Virus record (IMG/VR): IMGVR_UViG_3300042691_036629
Span: 53,500 to 117,499 of that record
Length of the DNA stretch: 64,000 nucleotides
Source: a virus
Lineage: Duplodnaviria; Heunggongvirae; Uroviricota; Caudoviricetes
Reading direction: 5' to 3' (one strand)
The position numbers were made by a program, and so were the translations under genes. A model generated the notes under the pieces. The model did no database searches. It was not told the origin of the DNA and worked only from the letters and a program-made list of their open reading frames with translations. Positions 48,570 through 58,171 of this stretch are shown here, one piece after another (position 1 is the stretch's first letter; each line of letters begins with the position of its first letter).

Positions 48570-48645
48570 GTTTCTTTAGAAACTCTAAACGAAGTTTAGT
48601 ACCTGAGTTAACGAAGGTTCACTATTTTTCCACGAAGTCAGAAAC

Positions 48646-48876
48646 CTATTTTTTCTCTTCGGGTATAATGAATAGTTCTTTGAGGCCTTCTATGGTACAA
48701 AGTCTTAATTGAGAGCTTCCATTCTCATTTATCCAGAACGCTGGACCTTCTAATCCGTACCAGTTTAGGACATCTTCCGATGCAATCTCTATTATTGTTG
48801 AAATAGTCCCTGAGTTTTTAGATGTGAATTCATCACCTTTCTTGTAATCTTTCATGATGTTTTTTATATTTAACAA
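48646..48876 (-). CDS. hypothetical protein
   Basis: 76-aa ORF. Confidence 0.4.
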   Translation of the reverse strand: MLNIKNIMKDYKKGDEFTSKNSGTISTIIEIASEDVLNWYGLEGPAFWINENGSSQLRLCTIEGLKELFIIPEEKK

Positions 48877-49172
48877 GCACTACTGACCGTTTCCGAATAG
48901 AGAGTTACGTCATAACCGTGAGAATAAAAATCACCCAACCCACCACTATCAATTACAAGTTTGTGGTCAAAATCGGGATGAATTACTACTACTTGCGTTC
49001 CATCATCTGTTTCGATATTATCCGTTGTTGCACCTATACAGTCAAGGAAATGTTGCATACTTTGGATGTTATCCATTTCCTGTATTGAATAGTCAATAAT
49101 GCGATAACTATTTTCGCCTTGTTCAAACATTTCCTTTACGGAGTTTGGTATTTCATAAATTACTGTTGCCAT
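48870..49172 (-). CDS. hypothetical protein
   Basis: 100-aa ORF. Confidence 0.4.
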   Translation of the reverse strand: MATVIYEIPNSVKEMFEQGENSYRIIDYSIQEMDNIQSMQHFLDCIGATTDNIETDDGTQVVVIHPDFDHKLVIDSGGLGDFYSHGYDVTLYSETVSSAC

Positions 49173-49312
49173 TGCTTTTGATTTTTATTTGTGTTTCAAA
49201 TTAAGTTCCTACTAAATTACCCGTGCCAGCGTATAACAGCGGTTTTGTGCAAGCTGCTCGACCGCTCAATGCCAAGGCTTCGTAGCCTAACACAAAACCG
49301 CAAAACGGGCCA

Positions 49313-49543
49313 TTAATACACCGACACCTTTTCGAGTGTGGCTTCTATATCTGACAACAATCCTTTTGCCCATAAATTAGGCTTAAATTGTCTTAAAATA
49401 TCTCTCATTTCAATCAAGTCACCTTGAGAAAATTCGATATTCACTATTGCTTCTTTGAGTGGTAAGAAGTCTGTTTCTTCTTCTGTGTGTTCGATAATTT
49501 TTTCTTCGTATCTCATTTTGTGAAATTTAACGGCACATAACAA
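49313..49543 (-). CDS. hypothetical protein
   Basis: 76-aa ORF. Confidence 0.4.
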   Translation of the reverse strand: MLCAVKFHKMRYEEKIIEHTEEETDFLPLKEAIVNIEFSQGDLIEMRDILRQFKPNLWAKGLLSDIEATLEKVSVY

Positions 49544-50067
49544 GGGCTTTGTGTAATAGCCCTATCAAGTGTCGTGGTTAATTTTAAGTTTCTACTAAGG
49601 ACTACTACGCAAAGCCCCGATACGTTAGTGTGCATTAGTAATACGACAAATAGTGTGTTCTATTTTAAAACCTTCGTATTTAGGTAGATTACTCCAATAC
49701 TCTAAACATTCGATAATAGGGTTGCCCTCAAGCCATTCTACTAATAAATAACGCACACTAACAGCATCTTGGCTCAATGCCTTAGTTTCATTGAAGGTTA
49801 GATATATTTGCCTCCTATTGGATTATGGAGATGGACGCTGATTAGGTTTGTATCTAACCTTTAAGATTATAATTCAATTACTTCATTACCGAATGATGTT
49901 GATACATTTAATTTTCTTTTATTGCAATTGTCACATTGGTGGACTTTGATATTTAGTTTTTTATCGTTTTGTACAAGTTCCCACTTGTGATTACAATCTT
50001 TATTGAATAGTTTTTTGAATAAGGTTATCATGGTTGTTTATTTTTAGTTTATACAAATATAAGAAAT

Positions 50068-50097
50068 AAATACTAAAAAACGTGCGGATTTTAGTAT
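50068..50097. repeat. palindromic element copy 5
   Basis: AATACTAAAAAACGTGCGGATTTTAGTATT, preceded by the shared TTTAGTTTATACAAATATAA leader. Confidence 0.65.
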
Positions 50098-50111
50098 TTT
50101 ATTAGTAAAAT

Positions 50112-50315
50112 TTAGATTATTCCAAGTTCATTTAACTTCTCTTCTCTTATTTCTTGTTGTGTTCTGAAAAAGTCTTTACCTATCAATTGCATATGACCTT
50201 CATCATCTATGATCCAATATTGGTGAGTTGAATGTGCGTTTACTTGGTAGGTCTTGCCTTTAGTTATTTTGTAAGTACCTTCAGCTATACATATAATATT
50301 CATTTGTTGGTCCAT
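50112..50315 (-). CDS. hypothetical small protein, ELGI-tail family
   Basis: Ends IREEKLNELGII. Its own ATG is preceded in the non-coding DNA by GAATTAGGAATATGG. Confidence 0.45.
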   Translation of the reverse strand: MDQQMNIICIAEGTYKITKGKTYQVNAHSTHQYWIIDDEGHMQLIGKDFFRTQQEIREEKLNELGII

Positions 50316-50328
50316 ATTCCTAATTCTT

Positions 50329-50622
50329 TTAGTTTATTACTTCTCCAATATTATCTATGATGAATTTATTTAAATCGTTAAATATTTCTTCTAAAATTTC
50401 ATCTGAAGTTAAATCGTTGATAAAATAACCATATAATAATTCACCATCAATTTTCAAATCACATAAATCAAAAGAAACACCATATATTTCTTCAATTTCT
50501 TCTTGTTTATTATAAAACAATTCTTTTGAATCATTAAATATTGAATCAAAAACAGTCTGTTCTATATTGTGGTCCAAGACTAATGTTTTATTTGTCTTGG
50601 GGTTAGTCAAATGTGTTTTCAT
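50329..50622 (-). CDS. hypothetical acidic protein
   Basis: 97-aa ORF. Confidence 0.4.
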   Translation of the reverse strand: MKTHLTNPKTNKTLVLDHNIEQTVFDSIFNDSKELFYNKQEEIEEIYGVSFDLCDLKIDGELLYGYFINDLTSDEILEEIFNDLNKFIIDNIGEVIN

Positions 50623-50657
50623 TTTAATAAAATAATTTTACCTACATTAAATCTTGA

Positions 50658-50936
50658 TTACATATTCCCGGTTACTGCCAATATACCTACTATTATTGAC
50701 CATAACAACAGAGCTGACGCTGGTATCACGAAAAGGGTGTAGATTAGTACGCGGTCCTGAATGTATCGTCTCTTTATGGTGGAGTGGTCTTCCAGGTATG
50801 CCTGTCCCTCTTCTTTGCTACTGACGAGGAATAGGTAATCCCATTCACCTTTTTTATTTTTCTTGTATATAGCTGGGTGGCAGTCTCCTTCCCACATACG
50901 GAAAGTATCCATTTTATATTCTTCGGTAGTTTTCAT
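50658..50936 (-). CDS. hypothetical protein with C-terminal TM segment
   Basis: 92-aa ORF. Confidence 0.4.
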   Translation of the reverse strand: MKTTEEYKMDTFRMWEGDCHPAIYKKNKKGEWDYLFLVSSKEEGQAYLEDHSTIKRRYIQDRVLIYTLFVIPASALLLWSIIVGILAVTGNM

Positions 50937-50980
50937 AGGAACTTGTTTTGTAGAACAAATATACTAAACTTTGTTTAGAT

Positions 50981-51010
50981 TATACTAAAATCCGCACGTT
51001 TTTTAGTATT
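50981..51010. repeat. palindromic element copy 6
   Basis: TATACTAAAATCCGCACGTTTTTTAGTATT. Confidence 0.65.
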
Positions 51011-51209
51011 TTTCCTCAAAATTTAAAGGTTTTCTTTTTAGTTTACCTTTACTATTAATACTTTTATACAGAATAAAAGATACCAACATCCATAAAGATG
51101 TTACACCTAATTGCATTATTGGGTAATTTTTATCAATTCCATTTTGGTAATTATTCACAACTATAAATATTGCACAAACTATTATTAGTATTTTAAAAAA
51201 CTTTTCCAT
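51003..51209 (-). CDS. small membrane protein
   Basis: 68 aa with two TM segments. Its 3' end overlaps palindrome copy 6. Confidence 0.35.
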   Translation of the reverse strand: MEKFFKILIIVCAIFIVVNNYQNGIDKNYPIMQLGVTSLWMLVSFILYKSINSKGKLKRKPLNFEEKY

Positions 51210-51279
51210 TTCTATTTAATTTAGTATTAGTTTTAGCCATAACATTTAGTTTATACAAATATAAATAAAAATGAGACAA

Positions 51280-51309
51280 AATACTAAAATCCGCACGTTT
51301 TTTAGTATT
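51280..51309. repeat. palindromic element copy 7
   Basis: AATACTAAAATCCGCACGTTTTTTAGTATT with the same leader as copy 5. Confidence 0.65.
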
Positions 51310-51633
51310 TATTTGTTTTATTATTTATATAAGCAGGTTGGAGTTTACCCTCTACGTATTGGAGTTATACGGACCCGTCTTCGATGTTCTCATTGACATT
51401 ATAAAGATAGTCATTTTATATGACTCTCACAAGTGAGTAGGGTTTTTATTTCATAAAAACAACTTCTTATGGATTTAGTTTTTTATTCTTTTTAACCCAC
51501 TCTTTACCCCATATCATTTTACTTATCATTTTATTTGCATACTTTGGGTATTTAATTAATAACCAAAGTGTGGTAAAAAGAAAAAATGTGAATACCAATA
51601 ATCCTACTATAAGTATTATTTCTAATAAATCTA

Positions 51634-52065
51634 TCATATATTTAAAGTATTTAGTTTAGCGTTACGTATTTCTAAAGTTATATCATCACTATTATTAGTG
51701 AATATCATATTTAATTCATTTCTTGTGAATGATCTTCTTTTTCCAAAATCATCTATGATATAGAATCTTTCTTTCTTTTCATTCTTTTGTTTGCCTATTT
51801 TCTTTTTACGCATAGCGTTCCTTTTAGATAGGTAATCAAAATACTCATATGGACTTACATATCCATCATATTGATAGTGGAATGCTATCCAGTCATGATC
51901 ATTTGAGCCAATGATTTCGTGTGATTTCTTAGTCCCTGGTGAGTTATCTAATATAAGATACTCTTTACCTAAGGTGAACCCTTTAAATGACTTTATATTG
52001 AAGATACGTGTGTTAATCATTTGGTTTGTTTTTTGTTTCATTGACATGGTAAAGACCATTTTCAA
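51634..52065 (-). CDS. hypothetical protein, tail IRNAKLNTLNI
   Basis: 143-aa ORF. Confidence 0.4.
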   Translation of the reverse strand: MKMVFTMSMKQKTNQMINTRIFNIKSFKGFTLGKEYLILDNSPGTKKSHEIIGSNDHDWIAFHYQYDGYVSPYEYFDYLSKRNAMRKKKIGKQKNEKKERFYIIDDFGKRRSFTRNELNMIFTNNSDDITLEIRNAKLNTLNI

Positions 52066-52379
52066 AGTATTTCTCTTATTTTCTCATCCCTTATTATTTG
52101 GGTCATATGTTTATCTAAATATTCTTCAATTTTATTATCTAATGAACTATGTCTCTCAGAAGTATAGAAATTCATATTTTTATCACCTATTTCATAATTG
52201 ATAAGATATGACCATTTACCAAATACGAGTGTAAGTAGAATACTCTTTATTTTGATTTCACAATTACTATATGGCTTTGAAGAATAATGAATACCAGAAA
52301 CAGTAATATCCTGAATTAGTTCAATTATATCATCATGAACTTCTTCACCAATCTGAGTAAATTTTGGATTTTTAATCAT
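52062..52379 (-). CDS. hypothetical protein (start trimmed to internal Met to avoid 74-nt overlap)
   Basis: The track ORF runs to 52460. An ATG at 52379 gives MIKNPKFTQIGEE and clears the upstream gene. Confidence 0.35.
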   Translation of the reverse strand: MIKNPKFTQIGEEVHDDIIELIQDITVSGIHYSSKPYSNCEIKIKSILLTLVFGKWSYLINYEIGDKNMNFYTSERHSSLDNKIEEYLDKHMTQIIRDEKIREIL

Positions 52380-52386
52380 ATCTGAT

Positions 52387-52611
52387 TTACATCCATTGAT
52401 TTTTCTTCTTGAATGAAACGTAGGCACCACCATTATATTGGAAACCATCAGTATCAACATGGAAGCCTTCGTCTCTAAGGCGTTGTATGTTATTCTCTAA
52501 AAGGTTGCTATCAATAAGAACTTGAGATTTACCGGAAGAGAATTCTCTTTGTAGTTGTGATATTATCTTATTAAAGTTAATATCAGCTTTCATTTGGTCT
52601 GCTAAATTCAT
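52387..52611 (-). CDS. hypothetical protein
   Basis: 74-aa ORF. Confidence 0.4.
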   Translation of the reverse strand: MNLADQMKADINFNKIISQLQREFSSGKSQVLIDSNLLENNIQRLRDEGFHVDTDGFQYNGGAYVSFKKKNQWM

Positions 52612-52880
52612 TATTTCTCAGGTTTTAATAGTAAATAAGCAAGAATGTATATAACCATTCCAAAAAATGTATAAGCTAAGTATTCCATATATTTATGTTT
52701 TAGTTTGTTTAGTCTAGTTATTTGCCCAATAATCTGAATGATTTAGATTAGGGTTATTTGGTTTAGGAATTCTACCTAATTTGATTAGTTTATTCCATTG
52801 AAATCTCTCTGTATATTTCCCGATAAGGAAACTGGTGATTATTATTGGTATAAGAATAATTGCTATCATAGTTTATTTTT

Positions 52881-53066
52881 TTAAAAAGTCAAATTTGTAT
52901 TATATCTAACATCTACGCCATTTAATTCTATAATATCAGCAATAATAAATGACATATAATTATATTCACCATTTATATTGAATTTACCTTTATGTACATC
53001 AATTTCATTTATAGTCTCTTTAAAGCCGTTTAATAACTTAACACTATCACCTTTTCTTACTTTCAT
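52881..53066 (-). CDS. hypothetical small protein
   Basis: 61-aa ORF with a KGDSV beta-barrel-like start. Confidence 0.35.
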   Translation of the reverse strand: MKVRKGDSVKLLNGFKETINEIDVHKGKFNINGEYNYMSFIIADIIELNGVDVRYNTNLTF

Positions 53067-53078
53067 ATGTATTATATT

Positions 53079-53435
53079 TTAATCTATCAATATAATTGAT
53101 TTTTGTTTCGCCTTTGATTTAACTCCTTCTAAGTTAGGATCTTTATGTGAATAACTAAACCCTTCATCATCGATACATTGGTATAATTCTCCTAAACCCC
53201 ATGTAGATAAATCTCTTTCTGTGGCATATCTTTCAACTTCATCTTTAACGTTAGATAGATCAAACCAGCATTGTTTACCATCTTTAATTAGTTTTCTTTC
53301 TGAAATAACATCAAAATTATCACGATTTAATATTCTGAATGATTTAAACCCAAAGTCCCATGAAACATAAGCTTTTAGATAATTTTGTTTATCTTCTTTG
53401 GGTCTTAACTTTTTTCTAGCTTTCTTAGATGCCAT
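53079..53435 (-). CDS. hypothetical basic protein
   Basis: 118-aa ORF. Confidence 0.4.
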   Translation of the reverse strand: MASKKARKKLRPKEDKQNYLKAYVSWDFGFKSFRILNRDNFDVISERKLIKDGKQCWFDLSNVKDEVERYATERDLSTWGLGELYQCIDDEGFSYSHKDPNLEGVKSKAKQKSIILID

Positions 53436-53445
53436 ATCTTATAAT

Positions 53446-53679
53446 TTAAAAAATTTCAAGGAATTTTTCAAAATCATTATCCGGCATTTCATCAAGTAGT
53501 TCGGATAATGTAATTGAATGTGCTTTGGTTTTAGAACAACTCATAGGTACTAATGTTGCAAATTCAACTATATCAGATTCAACATCGATGAAGTTTACCA
53601 TTTGGCAATCTTCAGTATAGAAACCAAGAGTTCCACAAAAATCGGGAAATTGAGATTTGAATATTTCGGACTTTGTCAT
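53446..53679 (-). CDS. hypothetical protein
   Basis: 77-aa ORF. Confidence 0.4.
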   Translation of the reverse strand: MTKSEIFKSQFPDFCGTLGFYTEDCQMVNFIDVESDIVEFATLVPMSCSKTKAHSITLSELLDEMPDNDFEKFLEIF

Positions 53680-53770
53680 ATAATAAAATTATTATTAACA
53701 AAGATAAGCATTTTATCTGGATTTCACAAGCTCAGGTATACTAAACTTAGTTTAGATTTTTACGTAGTAA

Positions 53771-53800
53771 AATACTAAAAAACGTGCGGATTTTAGTATT
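53771..53800. repeat. palindromic element copy 8
   Basis: AATACTAAAAAACGTGCGGATTTTAGTATT, preceded by the TTTATCTGGATTTCACAAGCT leader also seen at 48521. Confidence 0.65.
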
Positions 53801-53959
53801 TTCTGGACTTTTTCCAATTGTATCTTCTCTCATTGTAAATTACAAGAAAAATAGACCAAACTATAATCATTGGAAGTGACCAATAAAACCACAACATATA
53901 AAACATAAAAATATGTAGTATTAGTGAAATGGCTGGTGAATAAATTAATTTTTTCATCT

Positions 53960-54220
53960 TTAGTATAAGATTAGAGTATAAGTTGTTTCTGATCCATTAC
54001 TATTATACCAATTCTCTGTAACGAATTCGACTCTATAACCTCCTTTAACGAGTTTATTTACTACTTTGATATCATTCGTTGTAATTACTCTCCTTTGTTT
54101 AAGAGGGATGTTGTAAATCGTTCTATGATTATAATTGGTGCGACTATTATCAGTTGTTGTATAACTAAATAGAGCGAGTGTTATGATGGTGATAAGACCA
54201 CCTAAGATTACATTTTTCAT
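53960..54220 (-). CDS. small secreted protein (paralog of 62221..62484)
   Basis: Signal peptide MKNVILGGLITIITLALFS. Shared KGGYRVEFVT / KGYQVQQVVT block. Confidence 0.45.
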   Translation of the reverse strand: MKNVILGGLITIITLALFSYTTTDNSRTNYNHRTIYNIPLKQRRVITTNDIKVVNKLVKGGYRVEFVTENWYNSNGSETTYTLILY

Positions 54221-54376
54221 TTTATATGTATTTTTTAGCTTCTTTAATCATTTCTTTAGCTTGTTCCTCCACGATTTTAGGATCAGCTTGAGGGTGAAGA
54301 CTTTCAAAGTATTCTAATACTTCTTTAACTTTTAGTCTACCACTCTCAGCAATTATTTCTCTTATTTGGAATATAT

Positions 54377-54712
54377 TCATAATTCTAATATTAATTTTAA
54401 TCTCATATCTCTTCTTAATTCTTTACCATCAGATCTGTTTCCACAGATAATTTCAATTGCGTATTCTAAAGCATCCTTATATGTTTTAAATAGAATCTCA
54501 TTATTATCTCCATAACCACCACACATCATAGTTCCACCTGGATAACTAATATTAATAGACCATCTCCAACCAGAGTATTCATCATCATAAAACCCATCAA
54601 GAGTTATATTCCACTCATAATGCGACTTTAACTCATGGTAAAATTGGCAATCAGTACCATAGTTGAATACTTTTTGGCTAGTAAAAGTATTTAAATCTGT
54701 ACTATAATCCAT
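54377..54712 (-). CDS. hypothetical protein, tail RRDMRLKLILEL
   Basis: 111-aa ORF. Confidence 0.4.
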   Translation of the reverse strand: MDYSTDLNTFTSQKVFNYGTDCQFYHELKSHYEWNITLDGFYDDEYSGWRWSINISYPGGTMMCGGYGDNNEILFKTYKDALEYAIEIICGNRSDGKELRRDMRLKLILEL

Positions 54713-54969
54713 TAGTATCTCTTTTTCTCCATGAAATCTATAAATATAGTTGCTGGATCAAATGATATAACTAAACTTGATATTGCGTAGAGTTCTTCAT
54801 CTACGATCTCAGTAATATCTTTTAGTTTATCTAAACTATCGATTTCAATTTCGAATACTTCAAATGGTGGATATTTAGTACTTCCAGTGGGTACTAATTT
54901 GGCTCCTAATTTTATTAGGAGATCATCATTTTGGTAATGAGTATCGTTGAAGTCTATTTCGAATTTCAT
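54712..54969 (-). CDS. hypothetical acidic protein
   Basis: 85-aa ORF. Confidence 0.4.
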   Translation of the reverse strand: MKFEIDFNDTHYQNDDLLIKLGAKLVPTGSTKYPPFEVFEIEIDSLDKLKDITEIVDEELYAISSLVISFDPATIFIDFMEKKRY

Positions 54970-54981
54970 AGTTTTAATAGA

Positions 54982-55344
54982 TTATATACCTAAATGTGTA
55001 AGTCTCGAATCTCTTATCTGAGCCAGATATACTCTTAAAGATTCTTCTGCTCTTTGTATTTTGTTATCATTCATATATAACCAAACCTTAATAAGAGATT
55101 GGTGTCTTTCATTTAGGTCGGATAGGACTTGATCATCTGCCTGGTCTTCATCGATGAGGTCCACCATATGCATTCCTACTATAAGTCTTTCGAATGGATC
55201 TGTTATTGTATCCAGTTTATCAGCGAACTCTGATTTAATATTGGTTACATTATGTTTCTCTAAGATTTCAGGGAATGCATCTTTTACATAATCATGTTTC
55301 TCTAAGAAATCTTTTAACTTATTTAAAATATTGGTGGTATTCAT
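54982..55344 (-). CDS. hypothetical protein, ELGI-tail family
   Basis: Ends IRDSRLTHLGI. Confidence 0.45.
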   Translation of the reverse strand: MNTTNILNKLKDFLEKHDYVKDAFPEILEKHNVTNIKSEFADKLDTITDPFERLIVGMHMVDLIDEDQADDQVLSDLNERHQSLIKVWLYMNDNKIQRAEESLRVYLAQIRDSRLTHLGI

Positions 55345-55406
55345 AGTTTAACTCTTTTACAAATATAGTAACTTTGTTACTCTTTTCAAATAAAAATGAT
55401 TAAAAT

Positions 55407-55643
55407 CTAAATAACTTTCATACTTAATGGGGTGAAGAATGAAGGATCTTCCTTACACTCAAATTCAAATGTTGAACTATAATAAGGCTGTTGAGAAAGA
55501 TTTTCTGGTCTGATATATTGAGAATTAATATATTTCCCACCAATATTCTCAAATTGCCATATAATCATTTTTAATTGTTCATCACCTATAAACTTACCAT
55601 TAGGTAGGTGAGCACTAACATCTATTGTTATTTGTGTTTTCAT
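55407..55643 (-). CDS. hypothetical protein
   Basis: 78-aa ORF. Confidence 0.4.
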   Translation of the reverse strand: MKTQITIDVSAHLPNGKFIGDEQLKMIIWQFENIGGKYINSQYIRPENLSQQPYYSSTFEFECKEDPSFFTPLSMKVI

Positions 55644-55644
55644 T

Positions 55645-55944
55645 TTAATAAGTTTTTAATAAGTTTGCTAATCTAACATCTCTCAGAAGTATTCTAACAT
55701 CTTCTGAATATTCAAATAGGTGTTTATCTTTTATTTTATGAAGATCCCACCAAATATTGGTTTGATAAGACCCATTTTTCGGGTATCGAACCGTTATGTC
55801 CCAAATACCCTTTTTACTTCTACGTCCTATATTTGCATCACAACCTTCCCATGGGCCGGATGTAAACTTTACGCCTTTACCCTCTAATATATTCATAGGG
55901 TGTGAGCATTTTCTTAATGCTTGTCTCCGTTTCTTAGAACTCAT
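55645..55944 (-). CDS. hypothetical basic protein, tail LRDVRLANLLKTY
   Basis: 99-aa ORF. Confidence 0.4.
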   Translation of the reverse strand: MSSKKRRQALRKCSHPMNILEGKGVKFTSGPWEGCDANIGRRSKKGIWDITVRYPKNGSYQTNIWWDLHKIKDKHLFEYSEDVRILLRDVRLANLLKTY

Positions 55945-55945
55945 A

Positions 55946-56128
55946 TTATTTATACATTTTCTCTAACATAAGAATCATTTGTTCTGATTGTTCTTTTGTT
56001 AATGTGAGAATGATTGTTTCTTGACAATCGAACTCAAGTCTTAGTTCATTATGTTCTCTAAAAACACATACATCATCGGTAAATTTATCTACTGATGAGG
56101 TTGATTTAATATTGTTTATTCCTTTCAT
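55946..56128 (-). CDS. hypothetical small protein
   Basis: 60-aa ORF. Confidence 0.3.
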   Translation of the reverse strand: MKGINNIKSTSSVDKFTDDVCVFREHNELRLEFDCQETIILTLTKEQSEQMILMLEKMYK

Positions 56129-56483
56129 TTTAATCTAAGTCTTTTGATATTCTTTTGAGTACTATGAATATTAGAATTATGACGGTAATAACCAGTGGAA
56201 CTACTGATAAAATGATATGCCATGGTTGTACTCCTTCTTTCATGATTATTTACAATTAGGGAAGTTTTGGTGTATATGTGATAATACGACCATTGTACAA
56301 ATGATGGTGAATATCATACTAATTACTAATGAGGTAAATGGAGACAATTTCATAATTCTATTTTTAGTTTATATAAAGATATGAATTTTTTTAGAATAAA
56401 CAAAGTTAATATATACTTTATGAAGATAAGAAAATTTAATGAATCTATCCATCTGAATCATTTAATAAATAATATATAGAAAT

Positions 56484-57056
56484 ATGAAATACTTAAAATT
56501 ATTTGAAAACTTCGATGGAGAAGATCCTAAATGGATTGTAACATCTGCTTTAGATCCAATAGAGGTTGATGAGGTTACCTTTGATGAGAAGTACGGAGAT
56601 ACATCTATGTTTCGTTTATTTGAATTTAGTGAAGAACCTAGTGAAGATAAAATAAACCATTTAAAATCATGGATAGAAGAGGAAGGATATTACTCTCATA
56701 AAACAAGTAAAGGAATTATAGTTACTGATAAACCAATAGAGAATGTATGTATTGATTGGTTAAATAAAAACTTTTCTGATATGGAAAAAGTTGAGAGTAA
56801 GGATCACCCTGGATGTGTTCTTTATAGGTATAATCCAGGTGACAATATAATTTTTTATGATAAAAGTAGAGATAGACGAATTTACGTAAGCACTTCAATC
56901 TGGTCGTTTTTTGAGAGATATGGTTTTTTATTGAATATATACAAGAAGGAGGCGTGGGAATGGAGTAAAGAAACCATCATGAATAATTGGTTAAATATTG
57001 ATGGTAAATTAGTAGTATTATTAAATAAAGGTTCACTTCTTCAAGTATGTGTATAA
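56484..57056 (+). CDS. hypothetical protein, MKYLKLFENF N-terminal family
   Basis: 190 aa with AATATATAG just 5' of the ATG. Confidence 0.5.
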   Translation: MKYLKLFENFDGEDPKWIVTSALDPIEVDEVTFDEKYGDTSMFRLFEFSEEPSEDKINHLKSWIEEEGYYSHKTSKGIIVTDKPIENVCIDWLNKNFSDMEKVESKDHPGCVLYRYNPGDNIIFYDKSRDRRIYVSTSIWSFFERYGFLLNIYKKEAWEWSKETIMNNWLNIDGKLVVLLNKGSLLQVCV

Positions 57057-57173
57057 AGCAGGTTGGAGTTTAATAGTAATATGATACCAGAAAATAATGA
57101 TGAAGAATAATGAAATATCTATCATTTCAAAATTCTTTTCAAAGAAAAATATATAAATAAAATATTATCAATT

Positions 57174-57413
57174 TTATTCAAGTAAAGTGGATAATCTCAT
57201 ATCTCTCAACTCCTCTTTGGTATAAAAGAATTTCCCATAGTAATGAATATCATATTCATCTGGAGAAAAGAACCAAGCTTTTAAAGTATCATCATAAATA
57301 TTTAGACCACCATATGTATTTTTTATTACATATTCTTTACCAATAGTCAATTTATTATGGTTATTATAAATTGAGCTCGTTTTAGCAATTAATATATCTC
57401 CCTTTTTAAACAT
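57174..57413 (-). CDS. hypothetical small protein, tail LRDMRLSTLLE
   Basis: 79 aa with the KGDILIAK..IGKEY small-barrel-like pattern shared with other tail-family members. Confidence 0.45.
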   Translation of the reverse strand: MFKKGDILIAKTSSIYNNHNKLTIGKEYVIKNTYGGLNIYDDTLKAWFFSPDEYDIHYYGKFFYTKEELRDMRLSTLLE

Positions 57414-57735
57414 ATGATAATGGTCTTAGAGTTTTCAAATACTTAATAAGTGATGATTTTATACTTAGATATGGGAATATATTCTTTAAGTCGGAGATCT
57501 TTTGGATATTATCATCCAACTCTTGTTTATTTCTATAAGTATATGACACTATATGGTATTTACCTTCTCTACGTAGATCTTCTGATTTTTCGTTTTTATC
57601 TTCCCATTCAACAAATATCTTTGAATATTCACGAGTATGTTGTATAGATATTTCTGGCTTACAATATTTAATTTCTATACTCTTATGAGTTTCACCTTTT
57701 TTAATTTTAAGTCTTCGTTTTCTGGATGATGCCAT
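57406..57735 (-). CDS. hypothetical basic protein
   Basis: 109-aa ORF. Confidence 0.4.
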   Translation of the reverse strand: MASSRKRRLKIKKGETHKSIEIKYCKPEISIQHTREYSKIFVEWEDKNEKSEDLRREGKYHIVSYTYRNKQELDDNIQKISDLKNIFPYLSIKSSLIKYLKTLRPLSYV

Positions 57736-57827
57736 TCTGGTGGTTTTAATTTACACATCAAAGATAATAATTTTTTCAATTAGTTTCTATAATGTTGTTA
57801 ATCTTTATATCTCCATAACCGTTAGTT

Positions 57828-58040
57828 TTAATTTTCTCCAAGTAACTCACTAAGTTTTTTATCACGAACTTCAGCTTTATTTTTCACCATTCTTTCCACT
57901 TCCACTCTCAATTCAAATGGCTCTAATATAGCAATTAATCCACCACTATTATAAATTTCAATAGAAGCAAAATTTTCAGGTATGTACTTAATCTTACACC
58001 CAGGATTGAGCTTCTCATATTCTTTAATTAACTTTTTCAT
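57828..58040 (-). CDS. hypothetical small protein, tail VRDKKLSELLGEN
   Basis: 70-aa ORF. Confidence 0.4.
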   Translation of the reverse strand: MKKLIKEYEKLNPGCKIKYIPENFASIEIYNSGGLIAILEPFELRVEVERMVKNKAEVRDKKLSELLGEN

Positions 58041-58171
58041 TATGTTTATGTTTATTTAAATAACAAAACTTACTCAAAGATAATAAATTTTTTCAATTAA
58101 CTCATCAGTTGATTGATTTTAATATCTCTCAATTCTCCTTTAAAGGTTTTTTTTATTATTTCTATAATAGT

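Noticed and set aside
47627-53800. Possible CRISPR array suggested by recurring approximately 30-bp palindromic repeats
   Set aside because: The copies are 40 nt to 2.5 kb apart with complete genes between them, occur in both orientations, and have no regular repeat-spacer periodicity. They are an intergenic regulatory or hairpin repeat family, not CRISPR.
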